Assembly: GCA_000708835.1 (NCBI GenBank)
Contig: DF237044.1
Location: 62,001-126,000, forward strand
Source: Klebsormidium nitens
Lineage: Eukaryota > Plantae > Klebsormidiophyceae
Direction of reading: 5' to 3'
DNA: 64,000 bases
Each line of letters opens with the position of its first letter. The stretch's first letter is position 1. The position numbers and the translations under genes were made by a program. This document shows positions 27,001-38,814 of the stretch, in pieces. The notes under the pieces were generated by a model. It had not been told where the DNA came from. It searched no databases and worked only from the letters and a program-made list of their open reading frames with translations.

Positions 27001-28300
27001 CAATCCTAAGACGAAGCGAAGCGCGCACGCAAGCATATTGTGATCCGCTCGCGAATTTGACAGGCACGCACGCGGCCCAGCCTAGACGAGAGCGCGAGGT
27101 AGAGCGGGCCGGGCAGGGCCTCCGAAAGCTTTCTCGTCGGATGAAACAAGAGACCATTGCCCGGCTGACTCGATGCACTTTATTTTCCATCAAGTTTGTC
27201 CTGGCTAGTTCGGTCCAGAATACTTTGCGGACGACTCGACTCTTTCAAAACGTTTTGACAATGTCATCCAAACTTACTCGGCCTGTGCATGCGCTGCGCG
27301 CCAGCAAAGGAGTCGGCGCGCGCGCAAGCACGCAGTTGCAGCGCGCGTTCGAATCCGCGAGAACGTGCTTGCGAACGCGGGAGCGCGCGCGGAGTCTCAG
27401 CGGTTGAAAATGTAGATGATCTTGACGCCAGAGGAGGCCCAAAGGGCGGCTCGATCTTGGATACGTCGAAGCGGGTCGCCTGCAACTCAGGCGGGACGCC
27501 GAAACCGACTCAAATCTTAGGCGGTTTCATGCTTGCTTCCGAGTTTAGACGGGTGGCCACGCTCGATCTTACTATCCTTGTAATGCCCACTTAACTAGAG
27601 ATGATATCGGAATCATGGTAATTCAAGATAAAGGCGATGACAACAAAAGAGCCATGGTTGGGCTTTGCTCGTTTTGCCCAACATGCATTGTCCTTCTGGA
27701 AGCCAAGATGGCCACCTGCTCTGGATACAATATGGGACTTTGATACGTCACTTCTCCATCTAAACTTCCGGTAAATCCGAATTCGATGCAAAGTGAGCTT
27801 TGCGGCTTGATCGAAGCCTATCGGCCTGTGTCGATCCCAGTCGTTGTTCGAGGCACCGTTCTGAATAGCACAGACATAGAAAGCCTTTCCCCTCATCGAA
27901 GTTGACGCTGTGGCAGTGACGAGATGGCCCTAGGCCTCCCTTGCCAATGTCCTGGTAAGGATTGAGCATTTTTGCTCTGTGCTGACGCCATGATGAAGCC
28001 GTTATGTCTCCTGTCAGATCTGCAAAGGGATCGATGCTGCAAGCTGATCTGTGAACGGGCAGAGTGCTTGGTAATTAGGGGTCTGCTGGTATTTCGCACC
28101 CCGCAGCTCACAATCTGGAGGGTCTGCTCTTTAGTGATTGTTCTGGCTCATGTGGCTGGAACTTCTGACATTCTGAGCGCCGCAAGGCCGGTGCGTCCTG
28201 ATTTGCATCCACTAAAACGCTTGCGTTTTCTCCGCTCTCTTTTTGGAGATTGAAATAAGGTTCGGCCAATCATTTGAGTGGTCTCTTGATTGTTGTCTGT
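12100..28300 (+). pseudogene. Tandem array of degenerate paralogs of an unidentified spliced gene (units starting at about 12.9, 18.45, 22.2 and 27.0 kb; a further terminal-exon copy at about 12.1-12.6 kb)
   Basis: Recognisable nucleotide homologies: 17400-17930 vs 20790-21320 (…gcacagactcgc…, …cttgtggcctcag…ggtggttgtgcg…aaagcggcg); 22560-22980+23757-23950 vs 27415-28030; and cctcat…ggcagtgac…gcctcYYttgcca at 19070, 23800 and 27890. All copies carry stops or frameshifts. Unit boundaries are approximate. Confidence 0.65.
22978..23756. mobile_element. 779-bp non-autonomous DNA transposon with CACAG termini, 28-bp TIRs, 3-bp TSD (TTT) and aacctagg/ccYaggtt subterminal repeats (CACTA/CMC-like)
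   Basis: The left TIR CACAGGGAGGATTGGTCGGTAACCTAGG matches the reverse complement of 23729-23756 at 25/28, and both ends are flanked by ttt. The paralogous locus near 27835-27860 is continuous (empty site). Confidence 0.88.
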
Positions 28301-30159
28301 TCTCTATCGATGGAAAGATTGCAGCATGGTTCAAACGTAGATTGTGCAAGTTCGGACTGATGCGTATTGAATCTGTAGTGTCTTTCAATGTTTCAGTGCG
28401 GATCTGCGAGGCAGTACCCGGCAAACCCTCAAACCTTCCGAAATTCTGTGCTTCCCAGGGAAAAGCCTGGGGCACTTCCCATTCCGTCCCCATCAAGTCC
28501 CCGGTCTGGGGTCCCCGGCCTGACACAGGGCGCCTTGGCTTCGAACAGGAACGGAACCGGGGCGGAACCACAGCATTTCGCTCCGGAAAGGTGCTAGGCG
28601 GACGAACCGGAGCTGGGCCCCGGTTCAAGGCCGGTTCAAAGAGGACAAGAACCGGTTTATGAGGACCGGCTCTCAGAAAATCTGAAAGTCGATTTTGAAG
28701 AGAGTAAACAGCATTTGATTGGGGCAAGTTGGTCACCGGCCTTGCGCCGAGTGAGGAACACTGGCATCCCGAAACTTGGAAGCAACAGCGTAATACATGT
28801 GTACGATGCGATCGCTACTTGAGGTCCATGTAAGCGTGACAATTTTTGTAGCATAGAAGCATACTTCGCGATAATTCCGTCCCCGCCGCATCCCTACAGC
28901 GCCCGGCAGCATGCCGAGCACGTGGCTTGGCGCGCGCAGGCGCGGGACGCTCTGTCCGTCTGGCGTCGGCGGCGGATGCCTACACAAGCCTTTGATGCAG
29001 TACCTGTGTATTACAGACGTTTTGGTAATGCACATCCGGACTCATTTCGAAGCCACTCGTGTAAGAGGCAAGAATGTATGGAACAGGCCGGGCTGTCTTC
29101 ATCGATTACTAGCGCCGCCATGCAACTGTGCATCCATTTCAAGGTACGTTAAGTTACTGTGCCACGGCAAAGTCGACGTGCGCGATAGAATTACTGACGT
29201 AGTAGCTGCGCTCAGCTCGATGCACGTATGCACCACGATTGTCAACATTCGGACTGATTCCCTGGCCTTAATTCACGAAGACGCCAAGCAGCGACGGTGA
29301 TTTCTAATCTGCTAACTAACCGTCCGATACAGATATCCGACTGAGTAAAAGCAGGCAGCATATGATACAAGGAACTGCTATCCTACGTCGTCTCCAAGCA
29401 CAAGAGCGGTGTTAAAATACGAGGTCCTGCACAGGCTCGTGATACAAAGACAGGTTCCATTCGTGTCGAAGACTTCGGTCGACGACGTCTTGGCTTCTTC
29501 CTGGATCTACCGCGCTAGCATGGCCGACGTCTGCAACCGCCAGGTACGGGTAAGCTACTCTCACGATAGTCCCGTTGGCTGCAAACAGAGCAGAGAAGTG
29601 CTTTAGTTATTCCAACTAAACTTGTGAAACCTTTGACAAGAGGCTTTCAGTTTCACCGGAAGGTTCGTCTTCTAACCGGGCTAATCACTAGATTTGATTT
29701 GTGTCTGGTTATTGGAAAGAGAACCGGGCTTAAAGAACCGGGCTTCTCCGAAGGCTGGTCACCGCCCTTGGTTACTGGACCTTCAACCAGTGCACAACAG
29801 CCTGGTAAGGGCCAAAACCTCCTATGCTTTCGCAGCCCCAGGTCAAAAGACCCCACAAATCATCCTATGTACCGGTCCCCCCCCTCCCAAATAATCAGAC
29901 GCTGCAGAAAATCTCAGCAATAAAATCGCGTCCATTAAGATACCAATCTCGACGAGAACTCCTTACTGAAGTGAACTGTTGTTTTTGTCACGAGCGAAGC
30001 GCAAGTTGCGCACGTGGCTGCAAAGTTCACACTGACAAATGGTCCGGCAAAGTTCGACGCAGCGCTAGGCATCAGGTCTTTGATGCTTCTGCGATTCTGC
30101 TGTATGATGAGCACGTGCCCGAAAGCGCAATCAAGCTCGACAGCTCAAGAAAGAAGGCA

Positions 30160-31881
30160 TCAGAGTGGGAACAGATCACACAATGTATCGAAATCATCTG
30201 ACAATCCTGGCAGTCGACCCATCTGACCTCCGTCCGTGGTACCCAAATTTTCCATATAGAAAGCAATTGTGGCGGAAAGCTCACCCGCTAGATGTTGATA
30301 CACGTGATCGTACGGCTCTTTTCGACTCGAAAGCTGAACGCTTATCCACCGCAGTATACTTTCATAAGTGTCTCGGTGATACATTGTGGCGAAAGTGCCA
30401 CACGTGTGTAGATTTGCATTGTAGCAGCGGGCTGCCGATGCGTCGTATACCCTCGTGTCGACTTCGTCTCGAATCCAGTTCCAAGCATCGAGGGACCATT
30501 CTGTTGCCCCGAGCAACAACACGCCACCACTGCAAAAGTGAACGTGAAGGGTCGGCCAAGAATGCAGAAGTTTCTATCGGAAGACGGCCAGAAAGACAGC
30601 CAATGGATCTGACTTGCATGCGAATAGGCTCCTGTGAAGATAGACGGAGACGAGATTGTTTGAAACTTTGAAACTTCATGGAGCTTATTGAATAGTACGC
30701 GAGGGTTTTGAGCGAGCACTTGAATTCGTCTAGAGAGAACTGGGAGGCGAAAGCGTCCAAAGACGGCGCAGTAAAGCGTTGAACCGAGAACTCCCCGGTT
30801 CACCACCTACAAAGAAAGTCAACATTCACGAGTGAATGCCCTTGCCGTCTAGCTGACAACCCTGACATCTACGCAGGACATCGCAAGCATCTAGCGGCAC
30901 CCTTCATCGACTGGAGACCTTCGTGCTCTCACGAAATTCTCTTTAGGATCGGAGAACCCACCTACTGTTTCCTCGTAGGTAGTTGGAGCACCGCGCGCTC
31001 GTTGACAAGAGCTCTTTCAGTTTGTCGCCGAACTGCTTGTGAAGCAGAGCATCGTCCTCGAGTACGAGGACTGCAGGCATCCTCATCTTTTGTGCGTGTA
31101 GAAACAGATCTCGCATGGATGCCAGGAGGCCAAGCTCACCGAGCTTTAGCTTTTTGGTACCTGAAGAGGGTTGTGTTTGATGTGTATCAAATTATAAAAT
31201 CTCGCCGATCCGATTACAGGATATCAAGAAGCTCTGTCTTGAGCTGAGGTCGGAACGGAGAAACTGCCAAGATGTATCAAAAGGGCCTGATCTTTTGGTT
31301 GAAAAGCCTTCTAAAGCTCCTGCAACCTGGCTGCGAGCTTGCACGCTCTCTGCAACCGGGACTGGTTCGCCTCATAACCGTCCTTTGAACTTTCTTGTTG
31401 TGACCTACATGCCTTCTGTTCTGTCTCCAGTTGCCGGTATTGGTAGCTTCTAAAACGTTGAATAGACTTGCCTCGGGCACATCGGGCGGACTTCAATAAA
31501 TACCGGTTCCATGCCCGTGTGGCCAGCGTTTTCAGGACATTGGGGGCATTGCCTCAAATCAGATTAAGGTCAGGCACCTTTCAAGCTACCGCATCCCAAA
31601 GTCAATCATAGCGTGCGGTCTGCGGATGTCTTTGAGGTTGAAGATCTGCAAAGACAGATGTCGAGCAATCCTCTATAGCTGCTCAATTCAATAGCCAGTG
31701 AATCGTGTACACCTTCACAGCAATCATCTCAGGACACAGCGCTTGCAACAATCTAAAAGGTTGTCTTACCGCCCTTCCATATATTCGCCCTCCGGAAGGC
31801 CTTGGAGCCATTCACACCGAACCATGGGAACGCAGTCAGACCATACAGCCGGCATATTCGAGCTAGGCCTTCCCACCGCCT
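30160..31881 (-). CDS. GT25-like glycosyltransferase exons (31881-31770, 31160-30962, 30529-30160); possibly the C-terminal module of the upstream GT gene
   Basis: Phase-compatible GT-AG exons give RRWEGLARICRLYGLTAFPWFGVNG…G|TKKLKLGELGLLASMRDLFLHAQKMRMPAVLVLEDDALLHKQF…S|GGVLLLGATEW…TCGTFATMYHRDTYESIL…EPYDHVYQHL. This matches the recalled GT25 pattern (RF.AVDG; GE.G...S; LILEDD; LLLG; T.AY). The upstream exon was not resolved. Confidence 0.7.
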
Positions 31882-32630
31882 CTGCAACATGACAAACGTC
31901 AATCAGCAAAATTGGTTATGATGTTCTCTAGTCACTTGCATCAAACTCTCGTTGCTGCTTGTGTAAGTACGGCCAGTTCACTAAGATTCGTCTTTAACAT
32001 TCCCAGTTACGTCAATGTATGCGCGTTTGGTGAATATCGGTTGTGATGGCTAGCTCGCTGTTTGGGGCCAGACGTCAGCCGTTTTGGGAAGCAGTTTTCA
32101 AGCACGAGAAAGTATCAGAGGCACGGAGGCTTTCACGAATTTGCATTGGAGCAGACGTACTTACAACAGACTGTGACAAACATGTTATCCTCCTAGACGG
32201 ATAATGTAACCGTTGTTCCAACTGGGATCAATTCAGGCAGATCAGTTCCACTTGGGAGCCTTTTCATAAATCAAGTAAAGGGCGAGAGTCTAATTTAAAA
32301 GGAGGAATGACAAAGAATCAGCCAACAGGCCAAACTGATATTGTCGCAAGTCAGTGTTTGCAGCAGGACAAGAGTTTCCTAGGGTAACCGACATATTGAG
32401 TAGGAATGGATCGATTGTTAGGTTGTGTATAAGATCCAGATTTCAAACTGCTCACGAAGCACCATATAAGAGTGCTTATGATTGGCACTACCAACCAACC
32501 GCCCCTGTCCAAATAAGCCGCTCTTGCGGAAAGCTGCATACACTCTGAAACGCACGTTAAGCATTTTTCAAATAACAATTGATGAGAAACATGGCATACT
32601 ACAAGGACGGGTTCTTATGCACGAAGCTTC

Positions 32631-33801
32631 TTAAAGAGGACCTGAATTGGGGGGCGGCTTATGGAGATTGGAGCGGGACTCTACCTGTCCTGGCAGCGTT
32701 AGGATGAAAACGCTGAGGTTGTCAAGGAACTTCTCCGGTGACACGACGGGGTTTTCAGAAGGGCACTCGCGTAACTCAATTGGAAGTTCTTTCCGGAACC
32801 ATGGCCCGTATCCGTGTTCCGCCATCCAGCGTTGGGTGGTCAATAGCGGGTTGCTGTAGCACTGGCCACTGCCAGACTTTGCGGAAGAGACTGCTGGGTT
32901 CTGAGAACCAAGCGGTGGGTCTATTGTTGATTGCCTATCGGTGACAGGAGCTTCAGCGTCTAGGCGGACTTCCACTCGCGTAAGTGCTTTCCTGTATACT
33001 AGATCTTCGAGCTGCTCCGCAAGTAAGGAGCTGGGTTGGACAGAAGGGGCAACGGCTTCCAGGGTGTAAATTTTGTACAGCTTTTGTAGCGCTCCGAGCA
33101 CTTCAATCGGGAGTCGGCTTTCCGGAAATGCTAAGAACACTGTTCGACCCTCCTTGATCTCAGGCTTGACTGCGGTAAAAACTGTTTGCACCAAAGATTC
33201 CAGCACTCCCTCTGAAGAAGACGAGTTAGCAACCGTGCGGTTGACCGCGACTTTCACTGCGTCGTAGTAACCGACTTCTTTTCTGAACGACTCGTACAGC
33301 TGATGCAGCTTGTGTGACGCCGTTAGCGAGACCACTTGTTTGTCGATCCTAAGCCCATAAGGAACGCCTTCTAGCAGCTCGACCCCCTGGAAGCAGAAAG
33401 CTTGGCAGAACGCTTCGACCGCTTCTCCAAGCGTATGACGGCTCGAGTTGCCAAGAGCGAACCGCCGGACGAGAACGCGGTCGTGCTTCGCCTTTGACGC
33501 ATCGTTTGTGTCCGCAAAAGCGCCTTGCTCGTTGAATCCAAAGACCTTGGCGGGCCCCCGTAGGAGTCTCGCCCACTCCGCAGAGTCGCTCTCGGTCGCA
33601 TCAAACCGCGCCCTTGCTTCTTGTATGTCGAAAAGCTGATGAATGGACACGTGTCCACCATTTTCTTCCAGGATCAGGGCCGGAACAACAAGGATACGCT
33701 GGAGAACACGCGCTTCGCGCAAGGCACACGTGAGGGCCAGTCTTAGGGCCTTGTATCCGCCACACGATGCGATGCTCTCAACGCCTTCCCAACTCAGGTA
33801 C
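32631..33801 (-). CDS. Large exon encoding an O-fucosyltransferase-like (GT-B, SUB1/POFUT-like) domain
   Basis: Acceptor ccgcggcAG at 33804-33802. The frame YLSWEGVESIASCGGYKALRLALTCALREARVLQRILVVP continues into the 363-aa ORF 33722-32631 and resembles the 'C..AL.EA..L.R.LV.P' N-terminal motif of O-FucT-like proteins. The donor at the 3' end was not pinned down. Confidence 0.5.
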
Positions 33802-34330
33802 CTGCCGCGGACAAGGAGAGGGCGTGAGCACGGGAGACCTAGATATGCCAGTGGTCAGCGAAAGGGGTCTGCTGAGACGAAATTTTCTGGCTGGCCTCCA
33901 TCACTGCGAATCCAAACATTTTCCCTAAGTCATCAATTATAACGATCAAGAACTTAGCTTGGACTTTCTCGAGGCTGAAGTACCGCTGTGGCAACGTGGC
34001 CTTGAATGTCTGGCGCCTTTCGTATCTACCCTCTTTTGAAGCAGCAAATAAGAATCGAATTGCAGCTGCAAACATTGTTAGACAATCAGCACTTCAGATT
34101 GCGCACGGCACAGGTCTGCCTCTGATTATACTTCCAAATTGAAAGACGACCAATCAGCTGAAAACTTTCTACGCGCTCTCATTCGGAACAAAGTGCTTGT
34201 ACCAGGCCTCAAGTCGGCTCTCTCTGACTTGTTAATCTGCGCCAGACGTCCATTTTTGGAACTTCCGTAGTCACCGAAGTGACCAGGCTCATAAGGAGTT
34301 TAGAAGGAACGTAACGCCAGAAGTCCTTAC

Positions 34331-37300
34331 CTCCGTTGAGCTTTCGCAGCTTCGACCTGTTTGACTATCGACTGCATGTGGTTTGGCAAAGACCTCAGCC
34401 CGCGCACTTTGACCGGGTGCAGAGCGATGGCGTCCAAATGTATTTTCTCCAGCACCGTCGGTAACAGGATCTGCCTGTCCACTTTCCAAGCGCTCTTGAA
34501 GCGGGCCTTCATCTCATTTTCTGAGAACGGCTCAGATCTGCAAGCCACGCCAACGTGCTTGGTGATGCAGCGGCCGACTTCGACGTCCGAGTGCCAGCTA
34601 GACCACTCGACCGCGCACTGGCTTATGTGCGGTCCCAGTTTTTGGAGCGCCGCTCTATTGAGGACATAGGCAGGTCCGCCGACGCAATATGGTAGAAGCT
34701 CCCCATGCCTGGCAGGAAAATGTAAGAATCATCGGGAAAACGTCGAGCTCTACTTTCTTCCAGAAGGCGGCAGCTTTCTGACGGCAACGGCGTGGTTTTG
34801 GATCTTCCAACTTCCAATTGAGCAGCTTTGCTGCGACGAATCGTTGATCGTTGCTCCAGTGTTTCCGCATTGCTTTGTAAAACCTAACCGCAACGGGAGG
34901 TGGTCTAGTGTCGATCGTTGAAGACAATATAAATCAGCACAAGCCCTTCAATTTTGTCAATGAATCTTGCAGACCGAGCCTCACAAAGTCTGCCGCTGTC
35001 AAAAACAACCAACGAGGATCTGAGAGCCAAAAGCAGATCTCGCCCCAGATCCATCAAGAAGGTGCCAAAAACGTGGGATCCAGATTGGTTTGCTAACCCG
35101 TGTCTTTGCTTGTCCACTCGCTGCTAGCTGCTTCAAAGGACAAACGCTGAGGCCAATCTTCCATTATAACATCTTCGCTTTTTCGGAAAAAGACGCCTCA
35201 CTTTCCCTTCTTAACATTCAAAGGTCGACCTTGCGGATCGAATTGCGCTCCGGTTGTTGGCCCGCCAAGGTACAAAGGTCCGGCGGCTCTTTCCGACAGA
35301 GCAAAGCCGCGTAAAAAATCCCAAAGACGCTCGAAGTCGACATATGCGTCGTCGTCCAGATGCATAAACCTGCATGCAAAAGGTCAAAGTCTGCCGTTCA
35401 ATTCCAAGTGCAATGCAAACGGGTTTGCTGCTGCTCGGACGCAACTTGACGGAAAGCTCAGATATTGGCAGGCCGGAGTACAAAGCTGGTGATCAGGTTG
35501 TTGAAAAAGAATAACCTGTTGATGCGTTACGTGCTCCTTGCAAGGGGTGCTCACTGCCTGGCTGAGCAATCTGACTTTGACGAGAACGTTGACGTCCAGC
35601 AGTGACAGATCAAAGCCTCTTTTGCGGCCGATCTTCAAAAAAAAGAGTGCTGTACGTGGAGCCCTTAAAACCATACGCAAATTAGAGGGAGGGCGCTCAC
35701 CAGTCATACTCAAGGGCATGATGCTCGTACATGTACCGCCACATCGCAAGATCTTTCAGACGAGGCGGATAGTTGTCCCTGCAAAGTAAAAACTTCTTTA
35801 CAGGGATTGCAAAATGTACTTATTACAACGGCAACAAAGTCAGAAGCTTGACTGATTTTAACCACACAGCAGAACCTCACCTTGTTTACGTATTGCAAAT
35901 CATTTCGCAGTCACAAAATGAGTGCGTTCCTCGATCACCGATTAAGCTTGAACGGAAAGAACAATGGAGAAGCATCATCGTGGAATCCGAATAAGCATTT
36001 GACTGCCTTGCTCCAGATTGCATGAGATTGCGCGAGACCCTGCTTTTGCTCGTAACCAAACCACCGAAAAATATGGTGACAATGCACTTGCCTAGCTTAA
36101 GTTTGATTCCGTTGCCTGAGGCACTATAGAAATGCTGTATTCCACAGTTCGTTACGACGCAGTTCGTTACGAGAAATGGTCACAAGAACGGCTCCGATAT
36201 CCACTGCTCTCCTTCTTCCCCATCTTGTAGCTCTTGAGAGGGCCACCACCAAGCACAGTCTAACGATTGGATGCTCCTCTGAAACGGCTTGTTGCTTTAC
36301 GAACACTGTTCCTTCGAAAGACGGCAAAAGCTGGAAACCATTTGTACTTAGTCTGATGATCTGAGCTGCAGTCGCCTCCTACCTTGTCAGACAATTCTAT
36401 TTTGTCAGCAATCACCATTTGACCGCGCAACGAGACCCAAACGCTGTCGGAAGACAAGAAGAGACTCACTCCACATCAAGCCACACAAGCGGAAGGCCTC
36501 CATATTCAGCCGCACGTGCTTCTGCAACCTCCTTTCTGGTGCTGTTGCCAACGAACAGGAACAGTTTGGCCTGGTCACCCAGGCTTGCAAATAGAGGCAC
36601 AACTCTGGACCGGAGTTGGTGATGACTAGCCTTGGAAAGGACGCCGACAATCAAAGACGGCTTAGAGAACTTAGGCTCCTCCAGCTGCATCGCCTTGACC
36701 TTAAGCATCTGCAACAAAGAATACTGCAGTGGTTCAGGATGGACATTCCGTTTTGCTGATGGTCTGGTGGTAGTAAGAAAATTTAGCCCAAGGAGAGACT
36801 CACTCCACATCAAGCCAAACAAGCAGAAGGCCTCCATATATGGCTGCACATGCTTTCAGATGCAACCTCCTTGCCGGTGTTGTTGCCAACAAGCAGGATC
36901 ATTCTGGTCTGGTCATCCAGGCTTGCCAACAGAGGCACAGCTCCGGATCAGACTGTAATGATGACTAACCTTGGAAAGGACGCCACTAATGAAAGACGGC
37001 CCCGACAACTTAGGCGCTTCCTGTTGCATCGCTTTGATCCTGCGCACCTGTGACAAAGAATAATGCAAAGTTCAGCTGATCACGGAGATTCCGTTTGGTT
37101 GAGGGCCTGGTAAGGAAATTTGACATTGATTGTGTGCTACCAATAGCTATGCTGAACCTTGTAGGCTACCGCATAGCTGATGCAGATCTTGCAGCTGCAA
37201 GAGCTTTTTATCCTTCTTGAGGATTTCAAAGTAATAGCACTCAAGCCCTGAGGTGAACAGAAGCTTACATGTCTTGACAGCGATACTGCTGAGCAAAGGC

Positions 37301-38343
37301 TAATATCTGCTTGTGCATTGTCCCAGAATCTCTGACAGGGTAGCATCTATAAGAGTCAAATCTTGATGGATGACCTTATGCAGCAACTTGCAGAACTCAA
37401 TCAAAACTGTGCTGGTTTATCAAGGAACGTCTGCCTCGAGACCAGATTGATGCTTGAAAGAAGTTGGTGAAGTGAGTAATTTTGTGTCACGGACATCCAG
37501 AGCCATAAAGCTTCCGGTCAGCGAAGCTTCTGATTGCTGAACACAGGCGGTAATCAGTACTCTTCACAGTAAATGGACACCCACCCAGCAAACCCATGAA
37601 CAAAGTGAGGGCGGATGTGTTGCAAGTATCACCTGCTGATTGAGCAGTTCCGCTGGCGAGCGCAATTGCAGGTAAAGAGCGTTGAAAGCAACTGCTAACT
37701 TCTCACGTCCTGCATTCCTGAATGCGAGCCCAGACCAAAATCGATCCTCGAAGCTCCCAAAGGGCACCGTGTGTAGCGCCCCTCTTCTATGCAGCTCTTT
37801 CAGCTGAGTGGTCCGTTTTCCATCAATTGAAACAAGGTGCAGCTGCAGCGAGCTAGGAAAGCGCTCGCTCGCGAGCTGCAGGTGGATTGCGATGAAGTCT
37901 CCTAAGACGTCTTCACTTTTGAAAATGAGCCTGGACTGCCCTGGAATCTCAAAACTGGAGTTGGTGTTCCAGTCTGAAGTAGCTGAAGAGAGCATCTCCG
38001 TTGCTTCTGCCAAGCTTGAGGTCCCATTTGCTAGAATCCAGCTCCAATCAGCAGGTAAAAGGCACCCGCTTTTGACTATCCAGTGCTCCGTGGGATTTTG
38101 AATTGAGAACAAAGATTGGCAATCTGGTTGCTGCTTGCTGCTGAATCCGTCTAAGAGGTTGGGTGGTTCATTGCTGAGCTGAGGTCTCGGCTCGGTTCTC
38201 AATTGCCACTGTATAAGAGAAAGGGCAACACATGAAGCCAACAACAGAAGGATCATCAAGAGCAACCTAGAGGAAAAGCCCTCCAGGGCGAACGCCCCGG
38301 ATTTGCGTCTCATGCTTGCATGCCACACCAAGTCTGACAGCAT
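34331..38343 (-). CDS. GT31 Fringe/chondroitin-synthase-like glycosyltransferase, type II membrane protein (exons 38343-37633, 36708-36470, 35778-35701, 35369-35202, 34708-34408 or -34331)
   Basis: All junctions are GT-AG and phase-compatible (0,2,2,2). The N-terminal hydrophobic anchor is followed by EDNYPPRLKDLAMWRYMYEHHALEYDW|FMHLDDDAYV…LYLGG…|…PYCVGGPAYVLNRAALQKLGPHISQCAVEWSSWHSDVEVGRCITKHVGVAC, with the DxD motif intact. Confidence 0.88.
36804..37047 (-). pseudogene. Frameshifted tandem duplicate of exon 2 of the minus-strand GT31 gene (pseudo-exon)
   Basis: Intact acceptor (tgtcacAG) and donor (GTGAGT). It is 244 nt versus 239 nt for the in-frame copy and has an in-frame TGA after VRRIKAMQQEAPKLSGPSFISGVLSKVSHH. 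Confidence 0.8.
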
Positions 38344-38814
38344 TCATTGGTCAGCGTTGCAAATTTGCTTTTAGGTAGGACTAGGTAGCTCAGATGCTCA
38401 GCCTCAGAAGCTCAGCTGTGCAGCTGCAGCTGTGATTTTTGGCGGAGATGAGCTTTCTTTTCCGTGTCAATTCCACTCAGATACAAGAGGGCTGAAATAG
38501 GGACATGACCTTGAGTCAGCATTGAGAGCGGATCGACGGCTTCGCAAATCCCAACCTGTGATTGAATGATTGGAGCTCGGCGATGTTGACATCAGCATAC
38601 CGTAAGTTATCACTGCCATGTGGCAGCATTTAAGAACCAACTATTGCACTGCCGGTGTAGGGAATCAGGCAACGGTTCAACGGTTGATATAAAAGGTCAC
38701 AGATTTTGGGAAGGTTTCTAGGTATATGCCTTTTTCAGGAGACCTCAAGGCCCCCCCAATGGCGCAGCGCAAAGGTTCATTTCAGTGTAGCTGGCTGGCA
38801 GCGTAGCAGAGGCA
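38344..38814. promoter_or_regulatory. 471-bp interval between divergent GT31 paralog start codons (candidate bidirectional promoter/5' UTRs)
   Basis: ATG at 38343 (minus) and ATG at 38815 (plus). No specific promoter motif identified. Confidence 0.5.

Noticed and set aside
30650-30810. Minus-strand peptide TGEFSVQRFTAPSLDAFASQFSLDEFKC as part of the GT25 domain
   Set aside because: It lies inside the intron defined by phase-compatible exons 31160-30962 and 30529-30160, and its frame has a stop right after the acceptor.
34760-35117. Protein-like minus-strand ORFs within GT31 intron 4
   Set aside because: Exons 4 and 5 join in frame and match the paralog without them; no supported splice sites.
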